This document shows, piece after piece, positions 39,434 through 49,246 of a DNA stretch of 64,000 nucleotides (within the stretch, counting starts at the first letter, position 1; every line of letters begins with the position of its first letter). The stretch lies in assembly GCA_041645215.1 (NCBI GenBank), contig JBAZQK010000004.1, positions 2,475 to 66,474 on the forward strand. The letters are read 5' to 3'. The notes beneath the pieces were generated by a model. The model saw only the letters and a program-made list of their open reading frames with translations. It had not been told where the DNA came from and did no database searches. The DNA is from Patescibacteria group bacterium (lineage in GTDB: Bacteria > Patescibacteriota > Patescibacteriia > Veblenbacterales > UBA10138). Both the position numbers and the translations under genes were made by a program.

Positions 39434-39520
39434 TTAAACTAACATGGTACTTGATTTACGTCAAGGGTTTGATAACCGTAGGCGCCAAGAATCAACTTAG
39501 TTATCTTAAACAATGCTTTC

Positions 39521-39529
39521 TGCTATAAT
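39521..39529 (+). promoter_or_regulatory. Extended -10 promoter TGCTATAAT, 9 nt before the ATG
   Basis: Consensus match and no SD sequence. Confidence 0.6.
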
Positions 39530-39538
39530 AAATAAAGT

Positions 39539-40873
39539 ATGAATAAAAAATATCCCTCCCAAGCTTGGGTCGTGGCGGTTGACATGGGCTACGGCCACGA
39601 ACGAGCCGCTTATGCCCTCAAGGAACTGGCTTATGGCCCAGTTCTGATTGCTAATAATTACCGTGGCATACCGCGCCAGGAACGCGCTTATTGGCGTAGC
39701 TCGCGCGAAATTTATGAAAAAGTATCGCGTTTAAAAAGTTTACCGGTAATCGGCGATTTGATTTTTGAGGTGATGGACCGCTTTCAACAAATTGAACCAT
39801 TTTATCCGCGGCGCGATTTATCCGCCCCTACCATACAACTTAAACAAAGCTATGATTTAATTAAAAAAGGGCTGGGCAAGCATCTGATAGATTTGATGCG
39901 TCGTCGCCCTTTGCCGCTGGTGGCTACTTTCTTTCAAGCCGCTTTTATGGCCGAGGAGGCCGGCTATCCCGAAGATATTTACTGTGTTGTTTGTGATGCT
40001 GACTGCAGCCGCACCTGGGCGCCGCTTAACCCCAAACAAAGCCGGATAAAATACCTGGCCCCCAACGGACGAGTGGTGGAACGGTTAAAACTGTATGGCG
40101 TACGAGAGGCCAATATTTTCTTAACCGGATTCCCCCTGCCCAAGGAGCTTATTGGCGGCACCAACTCGCCGATATTGCGCCACAATTTGGCGCGACGAAT
40201 AAAAAATCTAGACCCCAAAGGTGTTTTTTGCAGTAAATATGACCGAGCCTTAGCCAGACGTTTAGGGGCGCGTTGGCGCTCCATTAACCATAAGCGTCCC
40301 CTAACCCTGACTTTTGCCATTGGCGGCGCGGGCGCGCAAAAAGATTTAGGCGTGCAAATTACCGAAAGTTTAGCGGTTAAAATCAGTCAGGGAAAAATTA
40401 AACTTAATTTAATTGTCGGTACGCATCATGAAACTATGCGCTATTACCGCCAAACGGTTAAAGACTTAAAACTTAATAAATACTTGGGTAAATACATTGA
40501 TATCATTCATAACGAAACTCGAGCCGAATATTTTGTTCAATTCAGTAAAATTATCGCTGATACCGACATTTTGTGGACCAAGCCGTCGGAACTTTCCTTT
40601 TATACCGGCTTAGGGCTCCCAATTATTATTGCTCCGCCCATTGGCTCACAAGAGCAATTTAACCGCCTCTGGCTCAAGACCGTGGCCGGCGGCATTACTC
40701 AAAACGACCCGCGTTACACCAACGAATGGCTGTTTGACTGGGTTGACTCCGGCGGCTTGGCCCGCACCGCCTGGAACGGCTATGTTGAAGCGCCATCGCA
40801 CGGCACCTACCGCATTGAAAGCCTTATCACCGGCAAAAAGACCGACCTGCCGCAAATTCCGTTGATTGTGTAA
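39539..40873 (+). CDS. GT-B fold glycosyltransferase-like protein
   Basis: VDMGYGHERAA, TGFPLP, GGAG, TKPSE, PIGSQEQFN (MurG/MGDG-synthase-like motifs). Confidence 0.8.
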   Translation: MNKKYPSQAWVVAVDMGYGHERAAYALKELAYGPVLIANNYRGIPRQERAYWRSSREIYEKVSRLKSLPVIGDLIFEVMDRFQQIEPFYPRRDLSAPTIQLKQSYDLIKKGLGKHLIDLMRRRPLPLVATFFQAAFMAEEAGYPEDIYCVVCDADCSRTWAPLNPKQSRIKYLAPNGRVVERLKLYGVREANIFLTGFPLPKELIGGTNSPILRHNLARRIKNLDPKGVFCSKYDRALARRLGARWRSINHKRPLTLTFAIGGAGAQKDLGVQITESLAVKISQGKIKLNLIVGTHHETMRYYRQTVKDLKLNKYLGKYIDIIHNETRAEYFVQFSKIIADTDILWTKPSELSFYTGLGLPIIIAPPIGSQEQFNRLWLKTVAGGITQNDPRYTNEWLFDWVDSGGLARTAWNGYVEAPSHGTYRIESLITGKKTDLPQIPLIV

Positions 40874-40878
40874 TCAGT

Positions 40879-41598
40879 ATGATAAAAGGAGTTTTGTTTG
40901 ATTTTCGCGACACCCTGATAAACGTTAAAGCGGCGAACAAAGCCATAGGAGCCGCCGCTTTTAAGTTGGTTAAAAAGCTTAAACCACGGCTAAGTTATGA
41001 CAAATTTCAAAAAGATTACACTGCAGCCCGCCAAGAGACTAAAAAACGGTATTTTCAAAACCCGCTAATCCACAATTGGACAAAGATAATTTTACTAACC
41101 TACTTAGAATCGCAAAAACTTAAACTCTCACCCAAAGAACAGCAGCGCTGGCTGGATGAGCTGGACCGGGTTTTTATAAAAAACTGCCGTTTATTTGCCG
41201 ATGCCAAAATTGCCCTTGACCGGTTGCAAAAGAAACATTTAAAAATCGGCGTAATAATAGACGGTACAGTAAAACGCGAACAAGCCATTATTAAAAAATT
41301 AAAGCTGGCTAAATATTTCCAAGTCATCATTATCAGCGAAGCTGTCGGCAAAAATAAATTTACCTCCCAACCGCTGCACGCCGGCATTAAAAAACTCAAA
41401 CTTCCGGCCAAACAAATTATAGTAATCGGCGACCGGCTGGACAAAGACATCCGCTGGGCAAATCAGCTCGGCGCCATCAGCGTATTATTGCAACGACAAC
41501 GTGGCCGCTACAATCAATTCCCCGCGCGGTCACACTTAGAAATTCCACAGTATACTATAAAAAATCTAACTGAACTTAAAAAAATAATTAAATCTTAG
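40879..41598 (+). CDS. HAD-superfamily hydrolase
   Basis: LFDFRDTL, SEAVGKNK, IGDRLDKDI. Confidence 0.9.
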   Translation: MIKGVLFDFRDTLINVKAANKAIGAAAFKLVKKLKPRLSYDKFQKDYTAARQETKKRYFQNPLIHNWTKIILLTYLESQKLKLSPKEQQRWLDELDRVFIKNCRLFADAKIALDRLQKKHLKIGVIIDGTVKREQAIIKKLKLAKYFQVIIISEAVGKNKFTSQPLHAGIKKLKLPAKQIIVIGDRLDKDIRWANQLGAISVLLQRQRGRYNQFPARSHLEIPQYTIKNLTELKKIIKS

Positions 41599-41734
41599 AA
41601 TGATTAAGTTATGAAACATACAAAACTATTCACCTTATTTTTACTGGCCAGTTTGCAGGTACTTTTCAAATTCATTGCGCCACAGAAAGCCAACATTCAC
41701 TTCTATGAAGTTTAATATATAAAACCTTAGTACC

Positions 41735-42361
41735 ATGGAGCAACAATCAAATCCAAAACAATTAGCGACGAAACCGAAGTTTGCAATTGTCTACCAAGGC
41801 AAGATATTTGAAGTAATAAGGTGGGAAGGCAAACCTGGAGTTATGTTTGAGGCCGCAGTACGTGCGCCCGGTGTGCGTCTTATTATTGAAACTGAAAAAG
41901 ACGGACAAAAAGGGCTCCTCATGACCAAAGAGCTGCGCCGAGAAGCGGAAGGGTTTGATTATCGTCTACCCGGTGGCAAGGTTTTTGATAACTTGGAAGA
42001 ATACAATCAATTCCGCAGTAAGGGCGGCGATATTAGTGCGGCAGCGAAGCTAGCTGCGGTTAAAGAAGGCCGGGAAGAGGCGGGAGTGTTGACTGGGGAC
42101 ATTTCTCAAGTTGGTATTTCTAAAGCTGGCGCCTCGGTTGAATGGGATCTTCATTACTACCTGGTAAAAAATGCCAAGCTAGGAAAACAAAATCTAGAGG
42201 AGCACGAACAAGGCGATATTGAGACCATAATACTTTCGGCCCACGAAATTTTTGAGAAATTAGTCGCCGGTAAAATTCAGGAAGGACGCTCGGCTGATGT
42301 GTTGTGGAGGTGGCTAGCTAAAAATAATTTTGTGGAATTCGTTACTGACCTACGTGCTTAA
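41735..42361 (+). CDS. NUDIX hydrolase
   Basis: LPGG...AAVKEGREEAG Nudix box with an insertion. Confidence 0.85.
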   Translation: MEQQSNPKQLATKPKFAIVYQGKIFEVIRWEGKPGVMFEAAVRAPGVRLIIETEKDGQKGLLMTKELRREAEGFDYRLPGGKVFDNLEEYNQFRSKGGDISAAAKLAAVKEGREEAGVLTGDISQVGISKAGASVEWDLHYYLVKNAKLGKQNLEEHEQGDIETIILSAHEIFEKLVAGKIQEGRSADVLWRWLAKNNFVEFVTDLRA

Positions 42362-42496
42362 AACCCCGCTACGTTATCATATAAAAAATCTGAAAGAAGT
42401 TAAGCAATTAAGCGCCGCTTCGACCTAACCTAAACAGTTTGATATAATAATAGGCGGCTGTATCAATTGGTACGGCTGTCTTAATATCTTACACCT

Positions 42497-43597
42497 ATGA
42501 AAAAAATAATTATTCTATTACTAGTCAGCCTGCTAGTGCCCAGCTTAGCCTTGGCTGCTAGTCCAACCAAGTCAAAAACTACTAAACCATCTGTACCGGT
42601 CGTCACCAATATAGTTGTGCCCGAAGAAGAAGCTGTTATCAAAGCTTACGAAAACACCCTACCCGCAGTGGTCAATATCATAGTAAGCCAAAAATTAACC
42701 GATATTTTTGGCACTACCTCGGTGCAGGACGTTGGTGGCGGTACTGGTTTTTTTATTTCAACTGACGGCTATATTGTTACCAACAAACATGTCGTGGCTA
42801 ATGATAATGTTGATTACACTGTTATTACCAGCGCCGGCAAAGAATACGTGGCCTCGGTCTTAGCGCGCGATCCGGTTTATGATATTGCCATTGTAAAAAT
42901 TGAAGGCAACGGTTTTACGCCGGCCAAATTAGGTAATTCCGATAAAATAAGAATCGGCCAAACCGTTATCGCTATTGGCAACGTGCTGGCCGAATTCCGC
43001 AATACCGTAACTCGCGGCATTGTCAGCGGTATTGGCCGTACTATTTCCGCTACGGGCGGTGGCATCAGCGAAACTATTGAAAATGCCATTCAAACTGACG
43101 CCTCTATTAACCCGGGCAATTCCGGCGGACCGCTGGTTAATATGCAAGGCGGAGTTATTGGTATGAATACCGCTATTAACCGAGCGGGCGAAGCTTTGGG
43201 TTTTGCCATTCCAATCAATATAATTCAGCAAACAGTCAATAATTTTTTGCAACATGGTCGTATTGTGCATAGCTATTTGGGCGTACGTTACGTCATGCTG
43301 AACAAAAACTTGGCCCGGGCCAATAATTTGCGCATTTATCAAGGGGCCTTTGTGCTACTGCCCAATCTAACTGGCGGCACTGGTGTTGTACCCGGCAGTC
43401 CGGCCGCCGCCGCCGACATCCAGCCTGGCGATATTATACTGGCTATCAATAACGAAATTTTAACTGCCAACAAATCATTAAGCGGCCTAATAACAAAATA
43501 CAAACCCGGCGATCAAATTACGCTTAAGGTGCTCCGCGCCGGGCGGGAAATAATGCTAAAAGCCACTCTGACCGAGCGCCCAACAACTGACAATTAA
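42497..43597 (+). CDS. HtrA/DegP-family serine protease with PDZ domain
   Basis: TNKHV, DIA, QTDASINPGNSGGPL, a C-terminal PDZ domain and a signal peptide. Confidence 0.95.
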   Translation: MKKIIILLLVSLLVPSLALAASPTKSKTTKPSVPVVTNIVVPEEEAVIKAYENTLPAVVNIIVSQKLTDIFGTTSVQDVGGGTGFFISTDGYIVTNKHVVANDNVDYTVITSAGKEYVASVLARDPVYDIAIVKIEGNGFTPAKLGNSDKIRIGQTVIAIGNVLAEFRNTVTRGIVSGIGRTISATGGGISETIENAIQTDASINPGNSGGPLVNMQGGVIGMNTAINRAGEALGFAIPINIIQQTVNNFLQHGRIVHSYLGVRYVMLNKNLARANNLRIYQGAFVLLPNLTGGTGVVPGSPAAAADIQPGDIILAINNEILTANKSLSGLITKYKPGDQITLKVLRAGREIMLKATLTERPTTDN

Positions 43598-43604
43598 TAA
43601 CTGT

Positions 43605-44891
43605 CTAGCGGCTAATGTAATTCTTATAATCATCCGACTCCTTCCACACACTCCACGGAATAGCCGGATGCACAGTTTTGCCGCCAAACTTAACCGCCTG
43701 TATAATGGCCTCCGGCGGATAACCGCCATAAACATAAGCTTTTACCAGAGTAAACCAGTTAGTATAGGCCGACAAGGGAACCTTGCCGGAAAATATATTA
43801 TTTAAAAATGCCCTAAGATTCACGGCCAAGGTTTTTTCTGAATTTAAATTGCGGCACAGTCCGCCATAAATTCCGCTGCTGTTGCAGCCTGATTGAGCTG
43901 TTGGCACTTCGCCGCTCAAAAACTTGGTTACAAAAACCGCCTCTTCGGTTTTAGCTGATTTACCTAAAACGTCAGTAGAATTTATTTTAAACTTATAACG
44001 TGTGCCGGCCTTAAGGTCAGCCAAAGTCAAACTGTGGTCCAGGTTGTAAAAGCCAGTCTCATTGATTTTAGTGCGGCGGGCGTATTTTTGGTCAGCCCAA
44101 TATTCTACATTGCCGCGAGCCGGGCGCGAACTATGCCAGGTCACGGTCACGCTGTTGCTGCCAACCACCGGGTCGTAAATTGAAACCGGTGAAATTAAGT
44201 TCAAAACCAAATTCTCTTTATCCCCGCTGGCGTCAGGCGCCGTAGTAACTGAATAATTCTCATTTATCCATTCCTTACGATCACTGTTGCGACTCTTAAT
44301 GCGATAATAGTAAACGCTGTTATTCTTTAAACCTTTAACCACTGCCTCGTGCGTAAGCACCTTGCCACCTCCGCCCGCGCGACTGTAGCGCTTAAATAAA
44401 TTATCCGTGGAATATTCCACGTCGCCATCAATCGCTTTATTGGTTTTCCAAGTCAAAATAAAATAAGTAGCGCCGCTGTAAGTTACATTGACTTCGCTTA
44501 GTTCCGGAGCGATATTATCGGTGTACTTAGGTGTTTTAAAAGTTTGGTCAAATGATTCCGCCAACAAACCATCAGCCGTATTAACGGTTATTTTATAATG
44601 ATAAACAGTTTCACTTTTAAGATTGGGCAGTTCTATTTCATTATAAGTATCTGTGGCCTTAGAAGAAGCCAGATAAGCTCCGTAACTTTCCGTCAAACCA
44701 TAGTCAATCCGGCCGGCCGAGATTACATTCGTATACCAACTTATGATTATGGCGGCCTCTGGTAAAACCTGGCCTTTGGCTTTAACCGAGACTTTGCTAA
44801 TTACCAAATCCTGCGCGCGGGCGACCGGCGCAAGTAGCCCGAAGAATAAAATGATTATTATAAAAACTATATTTAATTTAGCAAGTCTCAT
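43605..44891 (-). CDS. Secreted protein with three fibronectin type III-like domains
   Basis: Signal peptide and repeated W.T......V.Y...H...L..L......Y.Y.I.S units. Confidence 0.85.
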   Translation of the reverse strand: MRLAKLNIVFIIIILFFGLLAPVARAQDLVISKVSVKAKGQVLPEAAIIISWYTNVISAGRIDYGLTESYGAYLASSKATDTYNEIELPNLKSETVYHYKITVNTADGLLAESFDQTFKTPKYTDNIAPELSEVNVTYSGATYFILTWKTNKAIDGDVEYSTDNLFKRYSRAGGGGKVLTHEAVVKGLKNNSVYYYRIKSRNSDRKEWINENYSVTTAPDASGDKENLVLNLISPVSIYDPVVGSNSVTVTWHSSRPARGNVEYWADQKYARRTKINETGFYNLDHSLTLADLKAGTRYKFKINSTDVLGKSAKTEEAVFVTKFLSGEVPTAQSGCNSSGIYGGLCRNLNSEKTLAVNLRAFLNNIFSGKVPLSAYTNWFTLVKAYVYGGYPPEAIIQAVKFGGKTVHPAIPWSVWKESDDYKNYISR

Positions 44892-45323
44892 AGGTAATTG
44901 ATTATAAACTAAACCACCTTAAAGTATAGCAAGACTAATGATAAACTGGTAGACTATAGAGGAAACTCAAAAGTCAAAGTTCAAAAGTCAAAACTTTTTA
45001 GTTTAGCCAAATTAAAATTCGTTTTATATCTTTTTGCCGCTATGCCGAAGGTTCAGCTAGCACTGCGGCACCCGCCTGAAGAATAAACTAACATATGTTG
45101 TAGCAGTTTGTGTACCCGTCTGATAAACAACGAACACCGTAGTTGCTGAGCTATGTATGGCTACTCTCCCTTTCATGGCGTGCCAGAAGTGGGGGTGCAG
45201 GGGGTAGAGGACGGGCATCGCAACTCGGAGTCCTCTACCCCCTGCGATTAAAACTTTTTTAAAAAAGTAACAAAGACCAATTTAGATTTAGAATTTTAAA
45301 CCGTTCATAATTTTTGTCAAATC

Positions 45324-46388
45324 ATGAATATACTCGCGATTGAAACTTCGTGCGATGAAACCTCAGTGGCGGTACTTAAAATTGATCGTAAAAATCTGGC
45401 TTTACGGGCTATAAACACATCTTCCCAAATCAAATTACACGCTCCTTACGGCGGGGTCGTGCCGGAGTTGGCGGCGCGGCGACATACCGAAGTAATTATT
45501 CCACTGTTAAATCAAACCTTAAAACAATCGCAAATAAACACTGGTCAAATTAATGCTCTCGCCGTAACGGGCGGGCCGGGTTTAATTACTGCCCTGCAAA
45601 TCGGAGTGGAAACGGCTAAAACTTTAGCTTATGCTTGGCGTAAACCATTAATACCGGTTAATCATATGACCGGACATTTAGTCAGTCCATTTTTAACGCC
45701 GGGTTTATGGCCAAAGGTTTTTTATAAAGCAATTTGGCCGGCGGTGGCATTAATCGTATCAGGCGGACACACTGAACTGTATTTAATGAAATCACTTAGT
45801 CAGTGGCAACTGTTAGGCCATACCCTTGATGACGCGGCGGGCGAAGCTTTTGACAAAGTGGCTAAAATGCTAAAACTCCCCTATCCGGGCGGTCCCGAGG
45901 TGGGCCGATTAGCTGAATTTGGCAACAGTCAGGCTTTTGCCTTTCCCCGACCAATGCTAAGCCATAAAAACTATGACTTTAGTTTTTCCGGGCTTAAAAC
46001 CGCCGTGCTGTATACGCTTAAAAAATACCCACCCTTAGCCATTAGCCATCAGCTAACAGCTAACTTATGCGCCTCTTTCCAACAAGCGGTGACTGATGTT
46101 TTAATAGGTAAAACTATCAGAGCGGCTCAAGCTTATAAAGCCAAAACTATTATGGTGAGTGGCGGGGTTTCGGCCAACCGATATTTGCGCGAAACATTTT
46201 TACAAACAACCAAAAAACTGCAGGGGCCGATTAATTTATTGTTCCCCGAACTAAAATATACCGGCGACAACGCGGCGATGATAGCTTTGGCGGCTTATGT
46301 TATTTCCAATAACGGTAAAAATTTAAGTAAATACAAATCAAGTTGGAAAAATCTGACCGCCCAAGCTAATTGGGAATTGTGGAATTAG
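45324..46388 (+). CDS. tsaD: tRNA N6-adenosine threonylcarbamoyltransferase
   Basis: IETSCDETS, GGVVPELAARRH, HMTGH, SGGHT, DDAAGEAFDK, FSFSGLKT, DNAAMIA. Confidence 0.97.
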   Translation: MNILAIETSCDETSVAVLKIDRKNLALRAINTSSQIKLHAPYGGVVPELAARRHTEVIIPLLNQTLKQSQINTGQINALAVTGGPGLITALQIGVETAKTLAYAWRKPLIPVNHMTGHLVSPFLTPGLWPKVFYKAIWPAVALIVSGGHTELYLMKSLSQWQLLGHTLDDAAGEAFDKVAKMLKLPYPGGPEVGRLAEFGNSQAFAFPRPMLSHKNYDFSFSGLKTAVLYTLKKYPPLAISHQLTANLCASFQQAVTDVLIGKTIRAAQAYKAKTIMVSGGVSANRYLRETFLQTTKKLQGPINLLFPELKYTGDNAAMIALAAYVISNNGKNLSKYKSSWKNLTAQANWELWN

Positions 46389-46549
46389 ACATAGAATTAT
46401 GAATAAAGAATTAAGAATCAAGAATACGGTACAAACACGCAGCGGCAAAGAAACCGAAAAATTGGGGCAAAAAATCGCCATAAATGGTTCCTACCTATAC
46501 AATTAGGATACGATTAACTATTAATCTTACTAATCATTAACTATCTCAT

Positions 46550-47125
46550 ATGCAAAACTCTATCAAACGTACGCTAACACTAGCCGTCGGCGCGGCTTTG
46601 TTATTAGGTACTATTATCCCAGTCTTAGCTCAAGACACTGGGGCCACTAACACTAACACTAATAGTGCCCTGGAGCAGGTACGTGAAGACGCCAAAAAAG
46701 CCCAAGAAGAAGCCAGAGAAAAGGCTAAACAAGCTCGTGAGGAAGCGCGCGAAAAAGCCAAGCAAGCCTTAGAAGAAGCTAGAGAGAGGGCTAAACAGGT
46801 GCGTGAAGAGGCGCGCGAGAAAGCCAAGCTGGCACGGGAGGTAGTGAAGGCTAAAAACGAAGCCCACTTAGCCACGCTTAAATCCAAACGTGAGGCTATC
46901 GGTTCCGCTACCGAAACCTACACCGCGGCTGTGCAAAAAGCCAATCAAGATTATAAAACAGCTGTTAAGGCAGCCAAGGAGACACGCCAAGCCGCGGTCA
47001 AGGCTGCTCGTGAAGCTTTAGTTGCCGCCCGCGAACAGGCGAGTACTATCGTGGTACAGCCAAACGTACCAACCACTACCCCAGTCATTCCTACTCCCGA
47101 GCCAACAACTGGCGCCACTCAATAA
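46550..47125 (+). CDS. Secreted low-complexity helical protein with 11-aa AREEAREKAKQ repeats
   Basis: Signal peptide, tandem repeats and a Pro/Thr tail. Confidence 0.8.
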   Translation: MQNSIKRTLTLAVGAALLLGTIIPVLAQDTGATNTNTNSALEQVREDAKKAQEEAREKAKQAREEAREKAKQALEEARERAKQVREEAREKAKLAREVVKAKNEAHLATLKSKREAIGSATETYTAAVQKANQDYKTAVKAAKETRQAAVKAAREALVAAREQASTIVVQPNVPTTTPVIPTPEPTTGATQ

Positions 47126-47140
47126 ATTCTGGCTAACACT

Positions 47141-47180
47141 AAACTTCCTCCCCCGGCCTATGGCTTGGGAGGAAGTTTTT
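47141..47180 (+). terminator. Probable intrinsic terminator
   Basis: AAACTTCCTCCC...GGGAGGAAGTTTTT. Confidence 0.6.
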
Positions 47181-47266
47181 GTTATGGCGCCAAATATTTT
47201 TCTCACCCCAACTACCGATCGGCTACCCAATAATCAAATTAAAAGGTAAAATATCAATCAAGAACT

Positions 47267-47755
47267 ATGCCTAAATCAATCTCTACCGCTTCAGCCAAGC
47301 AAACCATGGCACTAGGCTTCAGGCTGGCCAAACAACTAAAAAGCGGCGAGGTTCTTGCCTTAATTGGAGACCTGGGTAGCGGTAAAACCACTTTTGTCAA
47401 GGGTTTAGCCAAGGGCTTGGGCGTAAAACAACCAATTACCAGCCCGACTTTCGTACTGCTCAAAGTTTATCCTGTAACCAAACACAAAGCCATTAAACTA
47501 TTTATTCATGTGGATTGTTATCGTGTCGCTGGTATTGAATTAAGTAAAATCGGTTTAGATGATTATTTGGGCCGGCCCGATTGCGTGGTGGCGATTGAAT
47601 GGGCGGAAAAAATTAAACAACTACCGCGCCACACCCATAAAATTTTACTAGCCTACGATCGCAGGGCTGGCGGACGAAAAATAAAATTTGGTCAAAAAAG
47701 TAAAAAAAGTTCTAGTTTAAAAATCTCACTAATGGCAGTAACTGGCAGAAAATAA
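47267..47755 (+). CDS. tsaE: tRNA threonylcarbamoyladenosine biosynthesis ATPase
   Basis: GDLGSGKTT, SPTF, HVDCYR, IEWAE. Confidence 0.93.
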   Translation: MPKSISTASAKQTMALGFRLAKQLKSGEVLALIGDLGSGKTTFVKGLAKGLGVKQPITSPTFVLLKVYPVTKHKAIKLFIHVDCYRVAGIELSKIGLDDYLGRPDCVVAIEWAEKIKQLPRHTHKILLAYDRRAGGRKIKFGQKSKKSSSLKISLMAVTGRK

Positions 47756-47784
47756 TAATATTATAATACGAAAAATTAACTGAA

Positions 47785-49002
47785 CTAACTTTTCTTTGCT
47801 TTTTTTGTTTGTCTAATATAGTCAATTGTTTTTGAACCTAGAAAACCTAATTTATCAACCGTTGCCAGTACACCCGGACCAATCTTTTCTGTCATCAAAC
47901 GGTTGAGGTGCAGTAAACCGTGTTGGGTAAAATTCGCTTCAACTAGAGGACGGAAAGTATCCTTATTGTCCAGAAGATTAGCCAAACACTCCTCCGAGGT
48001 AGGATCTAGCGGTAAATCATTAATGGCGTTAATAATCTCAACTGTAACTTCGTTAACTTTACCGTAAGGACCACGCGCTAGGGCAGGGGGCTTCTTACCT
48101 AAACGTAGTTCAACCATACGAGATAGAATCTCTGTTATACTCTCGTTCAGCGCTTTGAGTGAAATATGTTTATCCCCTCTCATATAATTTTGTGAAGCTA
48201 CCCCCATCTTCCCTATTAAACAAGATTCCCAATAAAGAGGATCAATTTTGGGATCATCTTTGATAACTTTATGAAGAGATAATGCATGCATGAGCTCGTG
48301 AGAGAGTAAATTATTGCGCTCTAAGGTATTAGTTGTCGTTAAATCATTCACGCCAATCATTACATTATGAAGACGAAAATTGTATACCCCCGCCGTATGA
48401 CTCGGACCACCCGCAGATACTTCCTTCGAAACGACAAAATCGTAGTAATCCAGATTCAGCGGGCCAAGAAATGTCACCTTAAACTGCTCGGAAGGCGGCT
48501 CAACGCCAAACTCAACCAACACCTCACGGGCGACTTGATGATGCCGTGCCACTAGCGCTCGAGTTTCTGGTTTATCAACCAGCTCCTGTATACGATTTTC
48601 CTCCCACGCCAGTCGCTCAGTTATCTCTTGGTCCAAAAAATGTTCCTTATTATTCGTCATGGAAAAACGTTCTTTCAACGCCAGAAGCTCGGTAGGGCTG
48701 TAGTAATGCCTTAGGGACTTGTAACTATAGAATTGCCGATTATATAGATCTGGATACTGCTCCTTTATATGAAAATCTTCACTACCGACTAATAATAGCT
48801 TAGCAAGGCCTTCTTCATAACGACCGATATTATCCTCTGAAACTTTGAACTGCTCTAATTCACGCCCAAGCCATTCACCCTTACTAATGATAAAACGTTC
48901 CTTGTTTTCCTTAAATTCTGGCTTATCTAGATAATTAAAGTGAGAACTAATTATCTCATCGTTTCCATCAAACAGTTCTTCGTTGCTAAACTCTTCTTTC
49001 AT
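47785..49002 (-). CDS. Putative zinc metalloprotease (gluzincin-like)
   Basis: HELMH followed by LNESITE. Inserted between duplicated tsaE segments. Confidence 0.75.
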   Translation of the reverse strand: MKEEFSNEELFDGNDEIISSHFNYLDKPEFKENKERFIISKGEWLGRELEQFKVSEDNIGRYEEGLAKLLLVGSEDFHIKEQYPDLYNRQFYSYKSLRHYYSPTELLALKERFSMTNNKEHFLDQEITERLAWEENRIQELVDKPETRALVARHHQVAREVLVEFGVEPPSEQFKVTFLGPLNLDYYDFVVSKEVSAGGPSHTAGVYNFRLHNVMIGVNDLTTTNTLERNNLLSHELMHALSLHKVIKDDPKIDPLYWESCLIGKMGVASQNYMRGDKHISLKALNESITEILSRMVELRLGKKPPALARGPYGKVNEVTVEIINAINDLPLDPTSEECLANLLDNKDTFRPLVEANFTQHGLLHLNRLMTEKIGPGVLATVDKLGFLGSKTIDYIRQTKKAKKS

Positions 49003-49032
49003 ATTGTATATTATAGCAAAAAATGTTAACTT

Positions 49033-49244
49033 AACACAAAACCATTAAACTATTTATTCATGTGGATTGCTATCGCGTCGCTGGCATTGAATTAAGTAAA
49101 ATCGGCTTAGATGAATATTTGGGCCGGCCCGATTGCGTGGTGGCGATTGAATGGGCGGAAAAAATTAAACAACTGCCACGCCTTACTAAAATAATAAATT
49201 TCAAGCACGCCAAAAACAATAATCAGAGGATTATTAAACTATAA
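49033..49244 (+). pseudogene. Second copy of the tsaE 3' half (150-bp direct repeat of 47481-47630, then an alternative C-terminus)
   Basis: HVDCYRVAGIELSKIGLDEYLGRPDCVVAIEWAEKIKQLPR-LTKIINFKHAKNNNQRIIKL*. Confidence 0.85.
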
Positions 49245-49246
49245 GG

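Noticed and set aside
45196-45247. Long hairpin upstream of tsaD as a riboswitch
   Set aside because: No recognisable aptamer; it looks like another palindromic repeat.
46680-46860. 33-nt periodic repeats
   Set aside because: They are coding repeats of a helical protein.
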